Assembly (NCBI GenBank): GCA_963706025.1
Contig: CAVPLM010000005.1
Span: 32,001 to 96,000 of the forward strand
Origin: an uncultured Actinomycetes bacterium
GTDB lineage: Bacteria > Actinomycetota > Thermoleophilia > RBG-16-64-13
Length of the DNA stretch: 64,000 nt
Direction of reading: 5' to 3'
This document shows positions 1-11,378 of the stretch, one piece after another (within the stretch, counting starts at the first letter, position 1; each line of letters opens with the position of its first letter). The position numbers and the translations under genes were made by a program. The notes under the pieces are model-generated. The model made no database searches and was not told the origin of the DNA. It saw only the letters and a program-made list of their open reading frames with translations.

Positions 1-585
1 GATGCACGGCGAGACGGGGCGCGGCGAAGTGCTGGGCGCCACTGGTATCAGCATAAGCGACGGCGAGACCGCGCTTGGCGTCCTCGGGACGGAAAGCTCG
101 GCGCCTACCTCCTCGACGACTACCACGACGGCGCAGCTGATCTACGTGCAGGTGGCCGGCGCCGTGCGCCGCCCAGGGGTATATCGGTTGTCGCCGGATG
201 CCCGCGTGTTCCAGGCCGTGACAGAGGCCGGCGGCTTCACCGACGAGGCCGACCAGCAGGGCTTACTCTCGCCGCCCGACTTACCGATGGCTGCAGGGTG
301 TACGTCCCTCGCGTCGGGGAGACTGTCGCGGAACCGCTCGCACCGCCGTCTCAGGAGGTCGGGGGCGGGGACAGCGGTAACGGCGGGGACGCGGGGGTCG
401 TCTCGCTCAACGCCGCGACTCTCGAACAACTGGACTCCCTGCCAGGAATCGGCCCCACCATCGCACAGGACATCATCACGTATCGTGAGGCCAACGGCCC
501 GTTCACTTCCATAGACCAACTGGCCGAGGTGTCCGGCATCGGTCCTGCGAAGTTGGAGCGGATTCGTCCACTGATAGGGCTCTGA
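1..585 (+). CDS. comEA: ComEA-family DNA-uptake protein (5' truncated by window edge; apparent frameshift near 265-290)
   Basis: SLBB motif YVQVAGAVRRPGVYRL in ORF 2..514 and HhH motifs SLNAATLEQLDSLPGIGP...EVSGIGP in ORF 298..585; directly upstream of comEC. Confidence 0.85.
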   Translation, partial: DARRDGARRSAGRHWYQHKRRRDRAWRPRDGKLGAYLLDDYHDGAADLRAGGRRRAPPRGISVVAGCPRVPGRDRGRRLHRRGRPAGLTLAARLTDGCRVYVPRVGETVAEPLAPPSQEVGGGDSGNGGDAGVVSLNAATLEQLDSLPGIGPTIAQDIITYREANGPFTSIDQLAEVSGIGPAKLERIRPLIGL

Positions 586-627
586 GCGCGCCAGGCGGGC
601 CGTGAGTTGGCTGTGAGCGGGCTCTGA

Positions 628-3283
628 GTGGTTCTTGACATGCCGGTCCCTTCCTGCGCCGATCCAACCGGCTGGTTCCTGCGCCGAGCAGGCCTGGCCC
701 GGGTCACGACCTTCGCCTGCGCGCTGGGTCTGTCGGTCTCCGCCCTCGTCGGGGCTCGGCCTGCGGCCGCGGTCCTCGGTCTCACTCTCGCCCTGCTCTC
801 TGCCGTCGGAGGTCTCATGTTCTCGCGCCGGCGGCGGGCGACCGGTAGTCGCCCCCCGCTTCCGGTGGTCGTCTCCGTGGTGCTGATCGGCCTCTTTGCC
901 GGATACCTGGCGGGAAGCGTCAGGGTGGCAGCGCTGACCGACAGCCATCTGAAAGACCAGGTGGGGACATCCATCCGAGCGGAGCTGATCATCACCGGCC
1001 AGGTGCGCTCCAGCGCCGGCTGGCAGAGTGCCATAGCCTCTGTCCGAGAGACCAGCGGCGACTCTTCGAGTCCCGGGAATCCCGAGGGCGCCGCGGTCGT
1101 GCAGGTCTCTGCCCATGGCGAGAAGGTCCTACTCGAGCTCGCTCCGGCGGGGGGAGTGAGCGCTGTGTCTTTGAGCCAGGGGCAGATCGTGGTTTTCGAA
1201 GGGACCGTGCAGCTTCCGGAAGGGCCTTCTTCCTCGGGTTTCGACCAAGCGGCCTACCTGCGCAATCAGGGCGTGCAGATCGTCCTCAAAGCTGAAAGTG
1301 ATGGGATCACGGCCATCGGGCGCCGGGGTGGGGTCTCGGGTTGGTTCGATCGCCTACGTTCCTCCGCTCTGGCCCATCTGAGCCGGGGTCCCGATCGGCG
1401 GCTGGACGAGGTCCTGCAGGGGGTCGTGGTCGGCGAGACCGCCGGCATAGACAAGGCCTGGTCGGAGGCCTTCCGGCGTTCCGGGACGGCGCACATGCTT
1501 TCAGTGAGCGGTCTCCATGTGGCCAGCCTCGCCGCCATCATGATCGGCCTGGCCGGGCTGGCACGGGCTCCGAGGGGAGTGGGTTTCCTGCTCGCCGCGC
1601 TTGCTGCCCTTCTCCTGATCCCCTTTGTCGGAGCTTCCCCACCGGTGGTGCGCTCCGCGGTCATGATCGTGATCGTCCTCGCCGGTCGCTGGCTGGGGAG
1701 AGGTCGGGACCAGTGGCAGGTTCTGGCTCTGGCCGCAGTGGTAGTGCTCGCCCTCAATCCCTTTGCCTTGAGGGACGTGGGGTTTCAGCTCTCCTTCACT
1801 GCTTTCGCCGGCATGGTGGCCTTGGCCGGGCCACTGCAGAGGGCGCTCAGACGCCTGCCGGATTCCATCAGCTCCGGTCTGGCCGTCTCTGTCGCCGCCA
1901 CTCTCGGGACGGCTCCGGTCTCGCTTCTGGTCTTCGGGAGGACGTCACTGGTCGCTCCCCTGGCGAACCTGCTGGTGGTACCCATGTTGCCGGCCATCAC
2001 GGGCCTGGGCATGGCGAGCGTGTTACTGGGGTTCCTGTGGACCGGGTTCAGCACCGCGCTCGACTTCATGGCTGCCATCCCTGTGGCCTGGATAGTCCTG
2101 GCTTCGAGGCTGTTCGCGGTGGCTCCTGTCCTGGGTATCCAGGATCTGGGCAGGGCCCTGATGGCCATCGGAGGCGGCGTGGCGGTGCTACCGGTCGCAC
2201 TGGCGCTGACCGGGCGGGCGGTCACCACGCCCTTCGGCCTCGCGCTGCCTTTCTTTGCGCGCACCCTTCGCTGGTGCCGCGCTAGGCGACCGCGGGACCG
2301 CCGGTGGGCCGGGACCCTGGGAGTCGCCGTGGTCCTGGCGGCGATGCTGGTCAGCGGCGCTCTGTATCCCCAGCTCGTGCGCGGCCTCGAGACCGCGACC
2401 GCCTATGCCTCGGGAGAGCGGTGGCCCAACGGGACCGAAGTGCGGATCCTGGACGTCGGCCAGGGCAATGCCGTCCTGGTGCGCACGCCGGGACATCACG
2501 CCCTGCTTTTCGACGGAGGCCCCGCCGGTTGCGGCCTGGCTTCACAACTGCGCGGGCTTGGGGTGAGCAGGCTCGACCTGTTGGTCATCTCGCATCCTCA
2601 CGCCGACCACTTCGCGGGGCTGCTCGAAGCTGTCGACTCGCTGGAGGTCGACGCGCTCATCGACCCGACAATGGTGGTCGCGGCTCCGGCCTCGGCTCCT
2701 CTGAGGGGAGAGGGGGGAGCGAGGTCCGGATCACGGGAGGCGAGCACAATACCTGGAGCTCCGGAAGGCTCTGGCCGAGACCGGCTGCCGGTATGCCCGG
2801 GCCGTGACCGGGTCGGTGGTGGAGCTTGACGGCGTGGTGGTGCGGTTCTTCGCTCCGACGCGGCCTCTGACCATGGTCGACGGACCGGAGCCCTGGCCGT
2901 CGGGCCAGCCCACCGGTGACGAGCTGAACGGGAGCTCCCTGGTGGCGGTCGTCAGCATCGGGAACGTCGACGTGCTCATACCTGGAGACGCCGAGGCAGA
3001 CGTACTTCAGGCTTACAGCCTGCCCCCCGCCGAGGTCGCCCTTGTCCCGCACCATGGCAGCCTCGGCGCGGTCTCGACTCGGCTCTTGGACCGGCTGCAA
3101 ACGGAAGCCGCCTGCATCTCGGTGGGGGAGGAGAACTCCTTCGGCCACCCGGATCCCGCCAGCGTATCGCTCCTTCGACAAAGGGTCGCCCGCGTGCTGC
3201 GCACGGACCAATCCGGTTGGGTATCCTTTACCGTGGACGGTGACGATCTGGTGCTGGCGACGGAGAGGGGATACGGGCAGTGA
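628..3283 (+). CDS. comEC: ComEC/Rec2 competence protein with metallo-beta-lactamase domain (apparent frameshift near 2740-2800)
   Basis: Competence motif GTAHMLSVSGLHV, DVGQG, SHPHADH; second frame continues with GDAE, PHHGS, NSFGHP, RTDQSG. Confidence 0.9.
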
Positions 3284-4291
3284 ACGAGCAGGCCTACAAG
3301 CCCGACGACGGGTCCCAATCCGCCGCGAACCGTGCTCCGCTGAAGCCCGCCTACCTCATCTTGGGCGATGATCTGCCCAAGGTCGAATATGCCCTCAAAC
3401 GCCTCAAGTCCAGGATCGTGGAGCAGTCCGGCAGCGATCTCAACATCGATGAGTTCGATGCCGGGGAGCACGACGCTCTACAAGTCGTCAACGCCGCCAA
3501 CACCATGGCCTTTCTGGGCGGCACGAGGCTCGTGCTGGTGCAGAACGCGCAGGTGTGGCTCAAGGCCGACAAGTCCATCGTCGTCGGCTATCTGGAAGCC
3601 CCGGCGCCCGATGCCTGTCTCGCCCTGGTGGCGGAGAAGGTGCCCCCCGGGGACGTGTTGCGACTGGCCATGGAGAAGCACGGCGAGGTATTGGAGTTCC
3701 GAGCCCCGAGAGAGGGGGAGCTCCCCCAATGGTTGGTCCGCGAAGCAGGCCGGCGAGGGCTCAGACTGGGGCTCAACGAGGCCCGCTTCATGGTGCGACG
3801 CTGCGGGGACGATCAGAGCATCCTGCTGCGGGACCTGGAGAAGCTGCAGATCTACGCCGCCGGTCAGCCGGTCAGCGTCGACGACATCCGTCTGCTCACG
3901 ACGGCCACGATCGAAGCCAGTGTCTTCGACCTGCTCGATTCCCTTGCCCTGGGTCGGGGAGGGGCGGTCTTCTCGGCCGCCGACGACCTTCTCGCCTCGG
4001 GAGAGCGGGTCGAGGTGCTCTTCTACCGAATCCTGCAGGCACTTTCAGAACCTCAGCCGGGTGGCGGCCTTCCGGGAGGAGGGCATGAGCCGGGAGGCCA
4101 TTCAGGCCGAGCTCAAGATGAAGGCCTTCCCCACGGGCAAGTTGGTGGAGCAAGCGGCCCTGCTGGGTGCAGACGGGATCGCCCGGAGACTCGCCATCTT
4201 GGCCGACACGGATGCCCGCATGAAGGGGTCAGGCACTTTGCCGGCGGAGATGGAGCTGCAGCTATGTCTCGGCCGGATGTTGGCCGCCTGA
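3280..4291 (+). CDS. holA: DNA polymerase III delta subunit (apparent frameshift near 4038)
   Basis: PAYLILGDD, MAFLGGTRLVLV, VFDLLD motifs; C-terminus LADTDARMKGS lies in another frame; conserved comEC-holA-rpsT order. Confidence 0.85.
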
Positions 4292-4386
4292 GTGCGGGCT
4301 GAGGGCGACCTGGGCGCGACCTGGCTGCAGCTTGAGTGCGGCCTGGGTGCCGCCTGGGTGGGGAGACCTCGGTGGTGCTTAGAGGT

Positions 4387-4647
4387 CTAGAGCTGCGAGA
4401 GGAGACGCGCCACCCTCGACTTCTTGCGCGCCGCGTTGTTGCTGTGAATAGCATTGCGGGCTGCAGCTTTGTCGATGGTGGAGGTCAGCTTCTTGGCCGT
4501 TTCAGCAGCGGTGTCGGCGTCGCCGGCGGTGACGGAATCACTGAGGCGCCGGAAGTGAGTCTTGATGGACGACTTGTAGCGCAGGTTCTCCAGCCGTTGC
4601 CGCTGGGCGATACGCACCCGCTTGCGCTGCTGCTTGGTGTTAGCCAA
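4387..4647 (-). CDS. rpsT: 30S ribosomal protein S20
   Basis: MANTKQQRKR...IDKAA...IHSNNAARKKSR. Confidence 0.97.
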   Translation of the reverse strand: MANTKQQRKRVRIAQRQRLENLRYKSSIKTHFRRLSDSVTAGDADTAAETAKKLTSTIDKAAARNAIHSNNAARKKSRVARLLSQL

Positions 4648-4704
4648 TCTTCATTCCTCCCGTCTTCCCTTCAAAGTCGCAGGAGTTTAGCATAGCCCTT
4701 GCTC

Positions 4705-6387
4705 ATGGGCAATGACACGAAGAGACATCTTGCGACCGCGGCTGCCTTCCTGGTACTGGCGACCGCCGGTTCCCGGGTGCTGGGTCTGATCCGGGAGATC
4801 GTCATGGTCTCCTATCTAGGCTTGGGCGACGAGATGGGAGCCTTCACCGTCGCGAACAAGGTACCCAGCCTGATCCGCACCCTCCTGGCCGACACCGCTC
4901 TCTCCGCCGCCTTCATCCCCGTCTTCTCCGCTCTGTTGGAGAAGGGGCGCAACCGGGAGGCCTGGCAGGTGGCCTACACCGTGACCGTGCTCGCCACTGC
5001 CGTCCTGGGAGTGATCACCGTCCTGGGGATGGTTTTCGCGCCGCAAGTGGTCAAAGTGGTGGCCCCCGGATTCAGCGACAATCCGGACATCGTCGCCCTC
5101 ACCGTGCACTTGATGCGCCTGATGTTTCCCACAGTAGTGATCCTGGGGATCGCGGGCGTCTTCATGGGCATCCTCAACTCCTACAACCACTTCACCCTGC
5201 CGGCGTTGGCTCCCATCGTCTGGAACCTGGTGATCATCGGAGTGGTGGTCGCGTTCTCGGCCGGATACGGGGTCGAAGCTCTTGCGTGGGGGGTGCTCAT
5301 CGGGACGATCGTGGAGCTGCTGATGCAGATACCGGCGGTGTGGCGGAGGCGGTGGCGGCCGGCCGCCACCGCCGCGCCTGGAGGCACCGGCGTCGGAGCC
5401 GGCGCCGGCGACGCGCCCGCACCCGAGCCCGAGGGCTCCCCCTACCGGCTCGCCCTGCGCAGTCCCGAGGTGCGCCGGGTGGGCATCCTCATCGGTCCGG
5501 TGATCCTCAGCCTCGGCATCATCAACTTCAACGCCTTCATCGGGACCGTCATAGCGACTCTCATCAGCATCCCGTCTCCAGCCATCATCGAGAGGGCGTT
5601 CCGCCTGTTCCAATTGCCTCAAGGGGTTTTCGCGATCGCCATCGGCACGGTGCTGTTCCCTGCATTCTCGCGCCACGCGGCTGCCAAACGAATGGCGGAG
5701 TTTCGCGAAGACCTGTCTACCGGCATACGCCAGATCTTCTTCATGACCCTGCCTTTCGCGGCCTTCTTCTCGGTCCTGGCGGTCCCGACGGTGCGACTTA
5801 TCTACGAGCACGGCAAGGTCACGAGCAGCGATACCGAGTTGGTGGCCTCCGCCTTACTCTTCTTCAGCGTGGGCATGGCCTTCGTCAGCGTTAACACTCT
5901 GCTCAACCGGGCCTTCTACAGCATCCAGAAGCCCTGGGTGCCCCTGATCGTCGGAGTAGCGAACCTGGCGCTGAACGCGGCGCTAATGCTGCTGCTTTAC
6001 AAACCCATGGGCGTCGGCGGGATCACACTGGCCACCTCCCTGGTGAGCCTGTTCAACTTTTTCGGTCTCATGGTGCTGCTTAGCCCACGCATCGGAGGGG
6101 TAGACGCACGCCGGGTGGCCTGGTCGGCTACCCGATCGATCGTGGCCCTCATCCCCCTGGCGGCGGTTGCCTATTGGGTGTGGTGGGGGTTGGACGCCGT
6201 CCTGGGTCGTGACCTCTGGGCGCAGATCCTTTCGGTGGGTCTGGCCTACCTGGCCGGCGCCGCCGCCTATTGTCTGGCCGCCTGGTTGATGCGCATGCCC
6301 GAACTGCGCGACGTGTTGAAAGTGATCCGCCGCCGGCGCGAGCCCCGCTCCACGGACGAGGTGATCGACCTCGAGGGCGGCGGCTAG
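4705..6387 (+). CDS. murJ: Lipid II flippase MurJ (MviN)
   Basis: SRVLGLIRE, ALSAAFIPVF, RLFQLPQGVF, multi-TM profile. Confidence 0.93.
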   Translation: MGNDTKRHLATAAAFLVLATAGSRVLGLIREIVMVSYLGLGDEMGAFTVANKVPSLIRTLLADTALSAAFIPVFSALLEKGRNREAWQVAYTVTVLATAVLGVITVLGMVFAPQVVKVVAPGFSDNPDIVALTVHLMRLMFPTVVILGIAGVFMGILNSYNHFTLPALAPIVWNLVIIGVVVAFSAGYGVEALAWGVLIGTIVELLMQIPAVWRRRWRPAATAAPGGTGVGAGAGDAPAPEPEGSPYRLALRSPEVRRVGILIGPVILSLGIINFNAFIGTVIATLISIPSPAIIERAFRLFQLPQGVFAIAIGTVLFPAFSRHAAAKRMAEFREDLSTGIRQIFFMTLPFAAFFSVLAVPTVRLIYEHGKVTSSDTELVASALLFFSVGMAFVSVNTLLNRAFYSIQKPWVPLIVGVANLALNAALMLLLYKPMGVGGITLATSLVSLFNFFGLMVLLSPRIGGVDARRVAWSATRSIVALIPLAAVAYWVWWGLDAVLGRDLWAQILSVGLAYLAGAAAYCLAAWLMRMPELRDVLKVIRRRREPRSTDEVIDLEGGG

Positions 6388-6393
6388 CGGGCT

Positions 6394-7158
6394 ATGTTCA
6401 TGTTCGTCATGGCAGAGGCACAGCAGGAGAAGCATCCAAAGGAGCCTGATCAAGTTGATTGGGTAGTCGTGGAGTTCCCTCTCAAGGGTGAATGGGCCGC
6501 ACCCAACACCCCTGGCAAGCGAATACCCAGTCACGGGACCGACATGCTCGGCCAGCGCTACGCCTACGACTTCGTGCGCGTGGACCCGGCGTCCAAGGGG
6601 ATGCGTTTCTACAAGCCGAGCACTTCCCACTACCTCTTCGCAGGTGTACGCCTAGAGGATTGCTTCGGATGGGGGGAGCCCATCTATTCTCCGGTGGCAG
6701 GGGTCGTGGTCCGGGCTGAGGACGGGTGGCCCGAGCGGCAGCGGCTGCACCCGGTCAAGGACCTCGCTATCGCCCTCAAGAACGGGCTGACGTTCAACCC
6801 GAGACGGGCAACGGACCTCCGGCCCCTGGCCGGCAACCATATCATCATCGAGACGAACGACGGCTACGCCGTCTTGGCTCATGCCCGGACCGGGTCACTG
6901 AGAGTGTCCACGGGGGAGACGGTCGACCCGGGCGTCCACCTCGCCGATGTCGGCCATTCCGGAAACTCCACAGCCCCGCATCTGCACTTCCACATGATGG
7001 ACCGGCAAGATCTCCTGAAGGCCCAGGGAATTCCCTGCTGCTTCCGGGAGTACGAGGTTCTCGGAGACGAGGGGTGGATCCGGGTGCGAAACGGCATCCC
7101 CAAACACACGGAGAGGATCCGCGGGGTGCTCGGAGAACGGTTTCCGACCCGGCCTTAA
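6394..7158 (+). CDS. M23 family metallopeptidase
   Basis: QRYAYDF, GNHIII, LAH, VGHSGNSTAPHLHFH. Confidence 0.85.
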   Translation: MFMFVMAEAQQEKHPKEPDQVDWVVVEFPLKGEWAAPNTPGKRIPSHGTDMLGQRYAYDFVRVDPASKGMRFYKPSTSHYLFAGVRLEDCFGWGEPIYSPVAGVVVRAEDGWPERQRLHPVKDLAIALKNGLTFNPRRATDLRPLAGNHIIIETNDGYAVLAHARTGSLRVSTGETVDPGVHLADVGHSGNSTAPHLHFHMMDRQDLLKAQGIPCCFREYEVLGDEGWIRVRNGIPKHTERIRGVLGERFPTRP

Positions 7159-7441
7159 CCGGACGGCGGGCGGACCAGGCCGGACCCACTTCGCCTTGCG
7201 GGTCGTCTCGAAGGCATAGGCGTAGCCGACGTAGTCTCTACACGGCCGCAGTGCGTACGTGGACCTCCTGGTGCGTCCGCAAGCAAGATGGCCCCCGGTT
7301 CGGCCGCCGGCGCAGAGGTAGGCAGTGGTCGCGATTTCGAATACGTCCGTGACTTCTCCTGTCGCCTGCATCGCTGATGGCAGGTGGCCCTGGCCTGCGA
7401 GGCAGCCATTCTTGTGCGTCGATCGACCGCATCCGGTGCGG

Positions 7442-7861
7442 CTAGAGTGCGCGCATCCGGTTGTTTTTAGGGTTGTGTTCGACCTCGGCGAGACCGAGCG
7501 CCTCCAGAAGCGGGGGCATGTACATCCCGAACCGGCCGCGCAGACCCTTCTTGAGCCCGTACCAGCCACCGACGGGGTTGTCTGCAGAGCGGCCCCACGC
7601 CTCGACGGTTCCCTCAGCGGCAGGCTTCTGCTCATCAGCGCTCCCGAGAGGTACCCAGTCGCCGCGCTCCTTGAGCATCGCGTGGAGATCCTCGATGGCG
7701 CGCAACCGATAGCTGAGCACCGTCTTGCCGACGACGCACACCAGGGCGGGCGGGTCGGCGGTCTCGTCGCGGTACATCTGATATTCCGACGACCCGCTCG
7801 GTGTCTTGAGAACCCAGGGATCCTCACGACTGCCGGAGCCGCTCAAACTCGTTGCCCCCAT
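7442..7861 (-). CDS. Conserved hypothetical protein (DUF6855-like), cassette gene
   Basis: DPWVLKTP...GTVEAWGRSADNPVGGWYGL...NNRMRA; GGAGG RBS before ATG 7861; GTTAGGC core site at 7940-7934. Confidence 0.7.
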   Translation of the reverse strand: MGATSLSGSGSREDPWVLKTPSGSSEYQMYRDETADPPALVCVVGKTVLSYRLRAIEDLHAMLKERGDWVPLGSADEQKPAAEGTVEAWGRSADNPVGGWYGLKKGLRGRFGMYMPPLLEALGLAEVEHNPKNNRMRAL

Positions 7862-8159
7862 ATCTCGACCTCCACCGGTAGGGCGCATTGACACTCCGCG
7901 AATCTGCCGCCTCTATACCCGCCGGAGCGTCTCGCCTAACGCGAGAATCAGCGACGGTTGTAGGACGGGGCCCGTCCGCTCCGCGGCACGATCACGGCAG
8001 CACTCTCTTCTCTCGGGGCGCGTTCTGCATAGCCACGATCCTGCGCCAAGTGGTGTCGTCGCCGGACAGAACAAGGCCGTAGTGCTCTCGAACATCGACC
8101 GCGACGGCGCGTAGGGCGGCATTCGCGGTGCCGGAACGGCGTGCCCCCGAAGGCTCCAC

Positions 8160-8900
8160 CTACGGACTCGGAGGAAGGTGGAATAGTTGGGTCACTAGCG
8201 GGCCATAGATCAGCCCCCAGAACAAGCGGATTACCAGGGCCAAGACGAAGCCGATAAGCCAGAAGAAGGGTATCGAGTGCCGTTGAGTACGAAGGGGCTC
8301 TTTCCATAGCCGTTCCTCATCGATGAATAGTAAGGGAAGGGCAATGAAGCTGGCATAAGCAATCGTATAGTATGCGACTACCAAGGGAGAAAGCCAGAAC
8401 AGGGGCGAGAGGAGCACGGAGGTCAGCACCCCGGTGAAGATGAGACCTTCGGTAAGGCTCTTCCCGCCGGCAAAGAAGAACACCTCCCGAAACGAGGCCT
8501 GGGTCTTCCTGATGACGAAGTACGAGACGAGGGCAATCGGAATGTAGTCGCCTTGTGCCAGGATGAAGGAAGGCAGGGTCTCAGCGTGTAGACCGCCGAT
8601 ACCTTCCCCAGTGACCGTCAGACTGACTTCGAACAGCATACCGAAGAGCCAAACAAGGAAGACGTACGCAAGCGGCGCGAGGCTCCTCGGGATGGGTATC
8701 TTCTTCCTGAGATCGTATTTCGCGTTCGCCCACATCCCTGCGAGCATCAAACCGTACAGAGCAATCTCCGAAAACCAGTAGGGCGACCTGGGCTCGGGAG
8801 TACCGCCGATGTTCAGAGCCGCGAAGAGTATGCCGGCAGCCATCCAGATCCATACGTTCCATATGCCGCGTCCGTAGAGCTGTGATGATCTCGATCCCAT
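8160..8900 (-). CDS. Polytopic membrane protein of unknown function, cassette gene
   Basis: 246 aa with multiple hydrophobic segments, lower GC than backbone; GTTGGGC core site at 8961-8955. Confidence 0.7.
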   Translation of the reverse strand: MGSRSSQLYGRGIWNVWIWMAAGILFAALNIGGTPEPRSPYWFSEIALYGLMLAGMWANAKYDLRKKIPIPRSLAPLAYVFLVWLFGMLFEVSLTVTGEGIGGLHAETLPSFILAQGDYIPIALVSYFVIRKTQASFREVFFFAGGKSLTEGLIFTGVLTSVLLSPLFWLSPLVVAYYTIAYASFIALPLLFIDEERLWKEPLRTQRHSIPFFWLIGFVLALVIRLFWGLIYGPLVTQLFHLPPSP

Positions 8901-8954
8901 GGGGAGTCTCCCGAGGCGGCCTCAGGTGGCTTCGCCTGTTACGACGCCTGCGCC

Positions 8955-9034
8955 GCCCAACGAATCAGCTCAGCGGCGCGGCGCTGTCTGCCGCGTTCGC
9001 CGGAGCGCTGAGCTGGGCCCCTTCGCGTTGGTAT
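8955..9034 (-). other. Degenerate attC-like site
   Basis: GCCCAAC at 8955 followed by inverted repeat CAGCTCAGCG...CGCTGAGCTG enclosing a GC-rich inner stem; the other core box is imperfect. Confidence 0.45.
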
Positions 9035-9452
9035 CTGGGAGGCGGCGGAGACCACGCATCGAATGCCTTCGCAGCTGCCGAAGAGGCAACAGATCGCGGG
9101 ACAGGTGAAGAGCGCCGTCGTCCAGGTATCGCACCATACAGACCGCCGTGGATGGACAGAGGGAGCGGAACTCGGCTGTACCTCGCACTCCGGTCGGTAC
9201 GCTCTCGCGCAAACAGACCGAGTATCCTCGGTGCCCGAAGAACTCTTTCGCTGTATCGTTTCCGAGCAATTCAACCCCGGCCGTCCCAACAAGCGCGTGC
9301 CCATCCCGGGCCAGCAGAAAATGCTCGATGTGTTCGCCAACGTCTTCATCGGGGAGACCATTTGCCGACAAGAGTTCTCGTACCATCGGGAGTTCATCTC
9401 GGCCGGCCATGGAGAAGGTGATTCCGTCCGATGGTGTTGATGTCTCGATCAT
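8970..9452 (-). pseudogene. ArsN2-like GNAT acetyltransferase with internal deletion
   Basis: LLSANGLP, LVGTAGVE, TAKEFF, TAEFRSLCPSTAVCM; the acetyl-CoA-binding R/QxxGxG segment between GVELLG and TAKEFF is absent. Confidence 0.6.
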
Positions 9453-9507
9453 GTGATCTCCAGCGTCATTCGCGGCCCGGCAGGGACATCGCGCCTGCAG
9501 CGAATCC

Positions 9508-10293
9508 TTATGCTTCGAACGTGATTTCGGCTTCCATGAAAGTGCAGGCCTGACCGTACAATAGAACCCGATCCCCTCTCAATTCGCATTGGATAGAACC
9601 ACCTCGCTTAGAAACCTGCAGAGCACTGAGCATAGATCGATTGAGACGCCCTGCCCAATACGGCGCGAGCTGGCAATGTGCGGCTCCGGTCACTGGGTCT
9701 TCATCAACTCCGAGTTTCGGGGCGAAGAAGCGGCTCACAAAGTCGACACTATTCCCTGGCGCGGTGATGATGACTCCGCGCAAATCAAGTTGCCGAAGCA
9801 AGGACATCTCAGGCGTGATGTTTCGCACGACTTCTTCGCTCGAGAACACGAGCAGATAATCGTCTGCGGCGAGCGTTTCCACGGGCGTAGCCCCAAAGGC
9901 CCTCAGTAGCGCCGGCGGTGGATCACAAGGCACCGGCCTGCGTCCGGGGAAGTCCATCTCAAGGTCCGAGCCGGAGCGTCTGACCGAGAGCACTCCGCTC
10001 CTGGTGAAGAACGAAATGCTGTCGGCTGTGTGGTTCAGGTGAGAGAAGAGGACATGTGCAGAGGCAAGGGTTGCATGCCCACAGAGGTCGACCTCCGAGA
10101 CCGGAGTGAACCACCGTAGTTCATACCCCTCGGCAACAGGCACGAAGAAAGCCGTTTCTGACAGATTGTTCTCTTCGGCAATAGCCTGAAGTAAGGAATC
10201 CGACAGCCACGCGGCCAAGGGAACCACGGCGGCGGGGTTTCCCGCGAAAGCACGCGAGGAGAATGCATCAATCTGATACTGCTTCAGTTTCAT
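9508..10293 (-). CDS. PhzF-family isomerase/epimerase, cassette gene
   Basis: DAFSSRAFAGNPAAV, SETAF, EVDLCGHATLA, EDPVTGAAH; GTTAGAT core site at 10319-10313 just upstream. Confidence 0.92.
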   Translation of the reverse strand: MKLKQYQIDAFSSRAFAGNPAAVVPLAAWLSDSLLQAIAEENNLSETAFFVPVAEGYELRWFTPVSEVDLCGHATLASAHVLFSHLNHTADSISFFTRSGVLSVRRSGSDLEMDFPGRRPVPCDPPPALLRAFGATPVETLAADDYLLVFSSEEVVRNITPEMSLLRQLDLRGVIITAPGNSVDFVSRFFAPKLGVDEDPVTGAAHCQLAPYWAGRLNRSMLSALQVSKRGGSIQCELRGDRVLLYGQACTFMEAEITFEA

Positions 10294-10352
10294 GGAACAC
10301 CGGCGACTTGAGATCTAACGTTGGGAACGCGGGCGGCGAAGCCATCTTCGAA

Positions 10353-10430
10353 GATCACAATCTTGTCGGGATTGACCTTCATCTCACCGAGCGAGACGAC
10401 GTCTTCCGAGAACTCCACTCGACGCGGCAT
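10353..10430 (-). pseudogene. N-terminal fragment of a Phd/YefM-type antitoxin
   Basis: MPRRVEFSEDVVSLGEMKVNPDKIV with GGAGG RBS; truncated. Confidence 0.4.
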
Positions 10431-10525
10431 GGCAGCCTCCAAGCAGCACGTGAGAACTGGTGCCGGTTGTATCACCTGATGACTCTGGGAGCAACACCTC
10501 TGACAATCATTCTGCGGCACACTCA

Positions 10526-10670
10526 CTAGAGAAACCGTTCCACCACGATTTCGTCGATGTCCCGGTCCGCGACCCTGAGGTGGCGCTCGGCGACGCCCTG
10601 GCGGCGATACGCGGCGGCCACGTAGGTGCCGAGGATGCCGACGTGGTCGACGCTCTTGTTCGGCTGATCA
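10526..10670 (-). pseudogene. GNAT acetyltransferase fragment
   Basis: DHVGILGTYVAAAYRRQGVA motif A without the rest of the fold. Confidence 0.45.
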
Positions 10671-11066
10671 TTCCTTGTAGTACTGCTTGAACTCCTCTGC
10701 GGGTTCCCGGTCTGAATAGATGTAGAGCATGACTCCGTTCGGGTCGAGAATGGCGAATCCGCGATCACCCCACGGATGATCTGCAAGCAGCATGACAGGT
10801 GTAAGGCCGCTGGCAGTCATACGGTCGCACTCGGCATCTACGTCTTCCACACAGAAGTTGTACATCAGGCCTGCCGGATTGAACGCCGGAGGGCCTTGCT
10901 CCTGCGGGGCTATAAACTGCAGTTCTGATGTCTCCTTTCCGAATCGGAGGTTCACGTACCACCCGCAATCGAACGTGACCTTGGCTCCGAAATACTTCAC
11001 GTAGAAATCGCACGACTCCTCCACCTTCGCCGTCGTGATGCATGCAGACAGTGTGTGTGCGATCAT
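10668..11066 (-). CDS. VOC/glyoxalase family protein
   Basis: FYVKYFG, DHPWGDRGFAILDPNG. Confidence 0.88.
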   Translation of the reverse strand: MIAHTLSACITTAKVEESCDFYVKYFGAKVTFDCGWYVNLRFGKETSELQFIAPQEQGPPAFNPAGLMYNFCVEDVDAECDRMTASGLTPVMLLADHPWGDRGFAILDPNGVMLYIYSDREPAEEFKQYYKE

Positions 11067-11296
11067 CAGTCCTTCTCCTCTTCCAGTTTGTGCAATTGCC
11101 TGATGTGTGAACCTGCATGTATCTTCTCCAAGTCGTCCAAAAAATGAGTATTGATGTGACGCACTGTGTGCCCTTCGCCTTCAAGGACCTGGTGCTGATC
11201 ATCCAGTTCCGCTCTCGATCCCCTTTGAAGTAGCAGAGTGCATTCCACTTCACGTCGCCCCATCATGCACTCAATTACTTCTGGATTAGGCCCCAT
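11066..11296 (-). CDS. Small hypothetical protein (possibly an internally deleted DinB-like gene)
   Basis: GTTAGGC (11313-11307), then AGGAGA RBS and ATG; H-x-x-x-H-I-R-Q C-terminal motif; stop overlaps the VOC start. Confidence 0.45.
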   Translation of the reverse strand: MGPNPEVIECMMGRREVECTLLLQRGSRAELDDQHQVLEGEGHTVRHINTHFLDDLEKIHAGSHIRQLHKLEEEKD

Positions 11297-11378
11297 TGTC
11301 TCTCCTGCCTAACGTCGAGCTTGATCCTCATTTAATCCGGCATCCACGCCGGACGAAACGTAGTGGTCAACGCTCTTT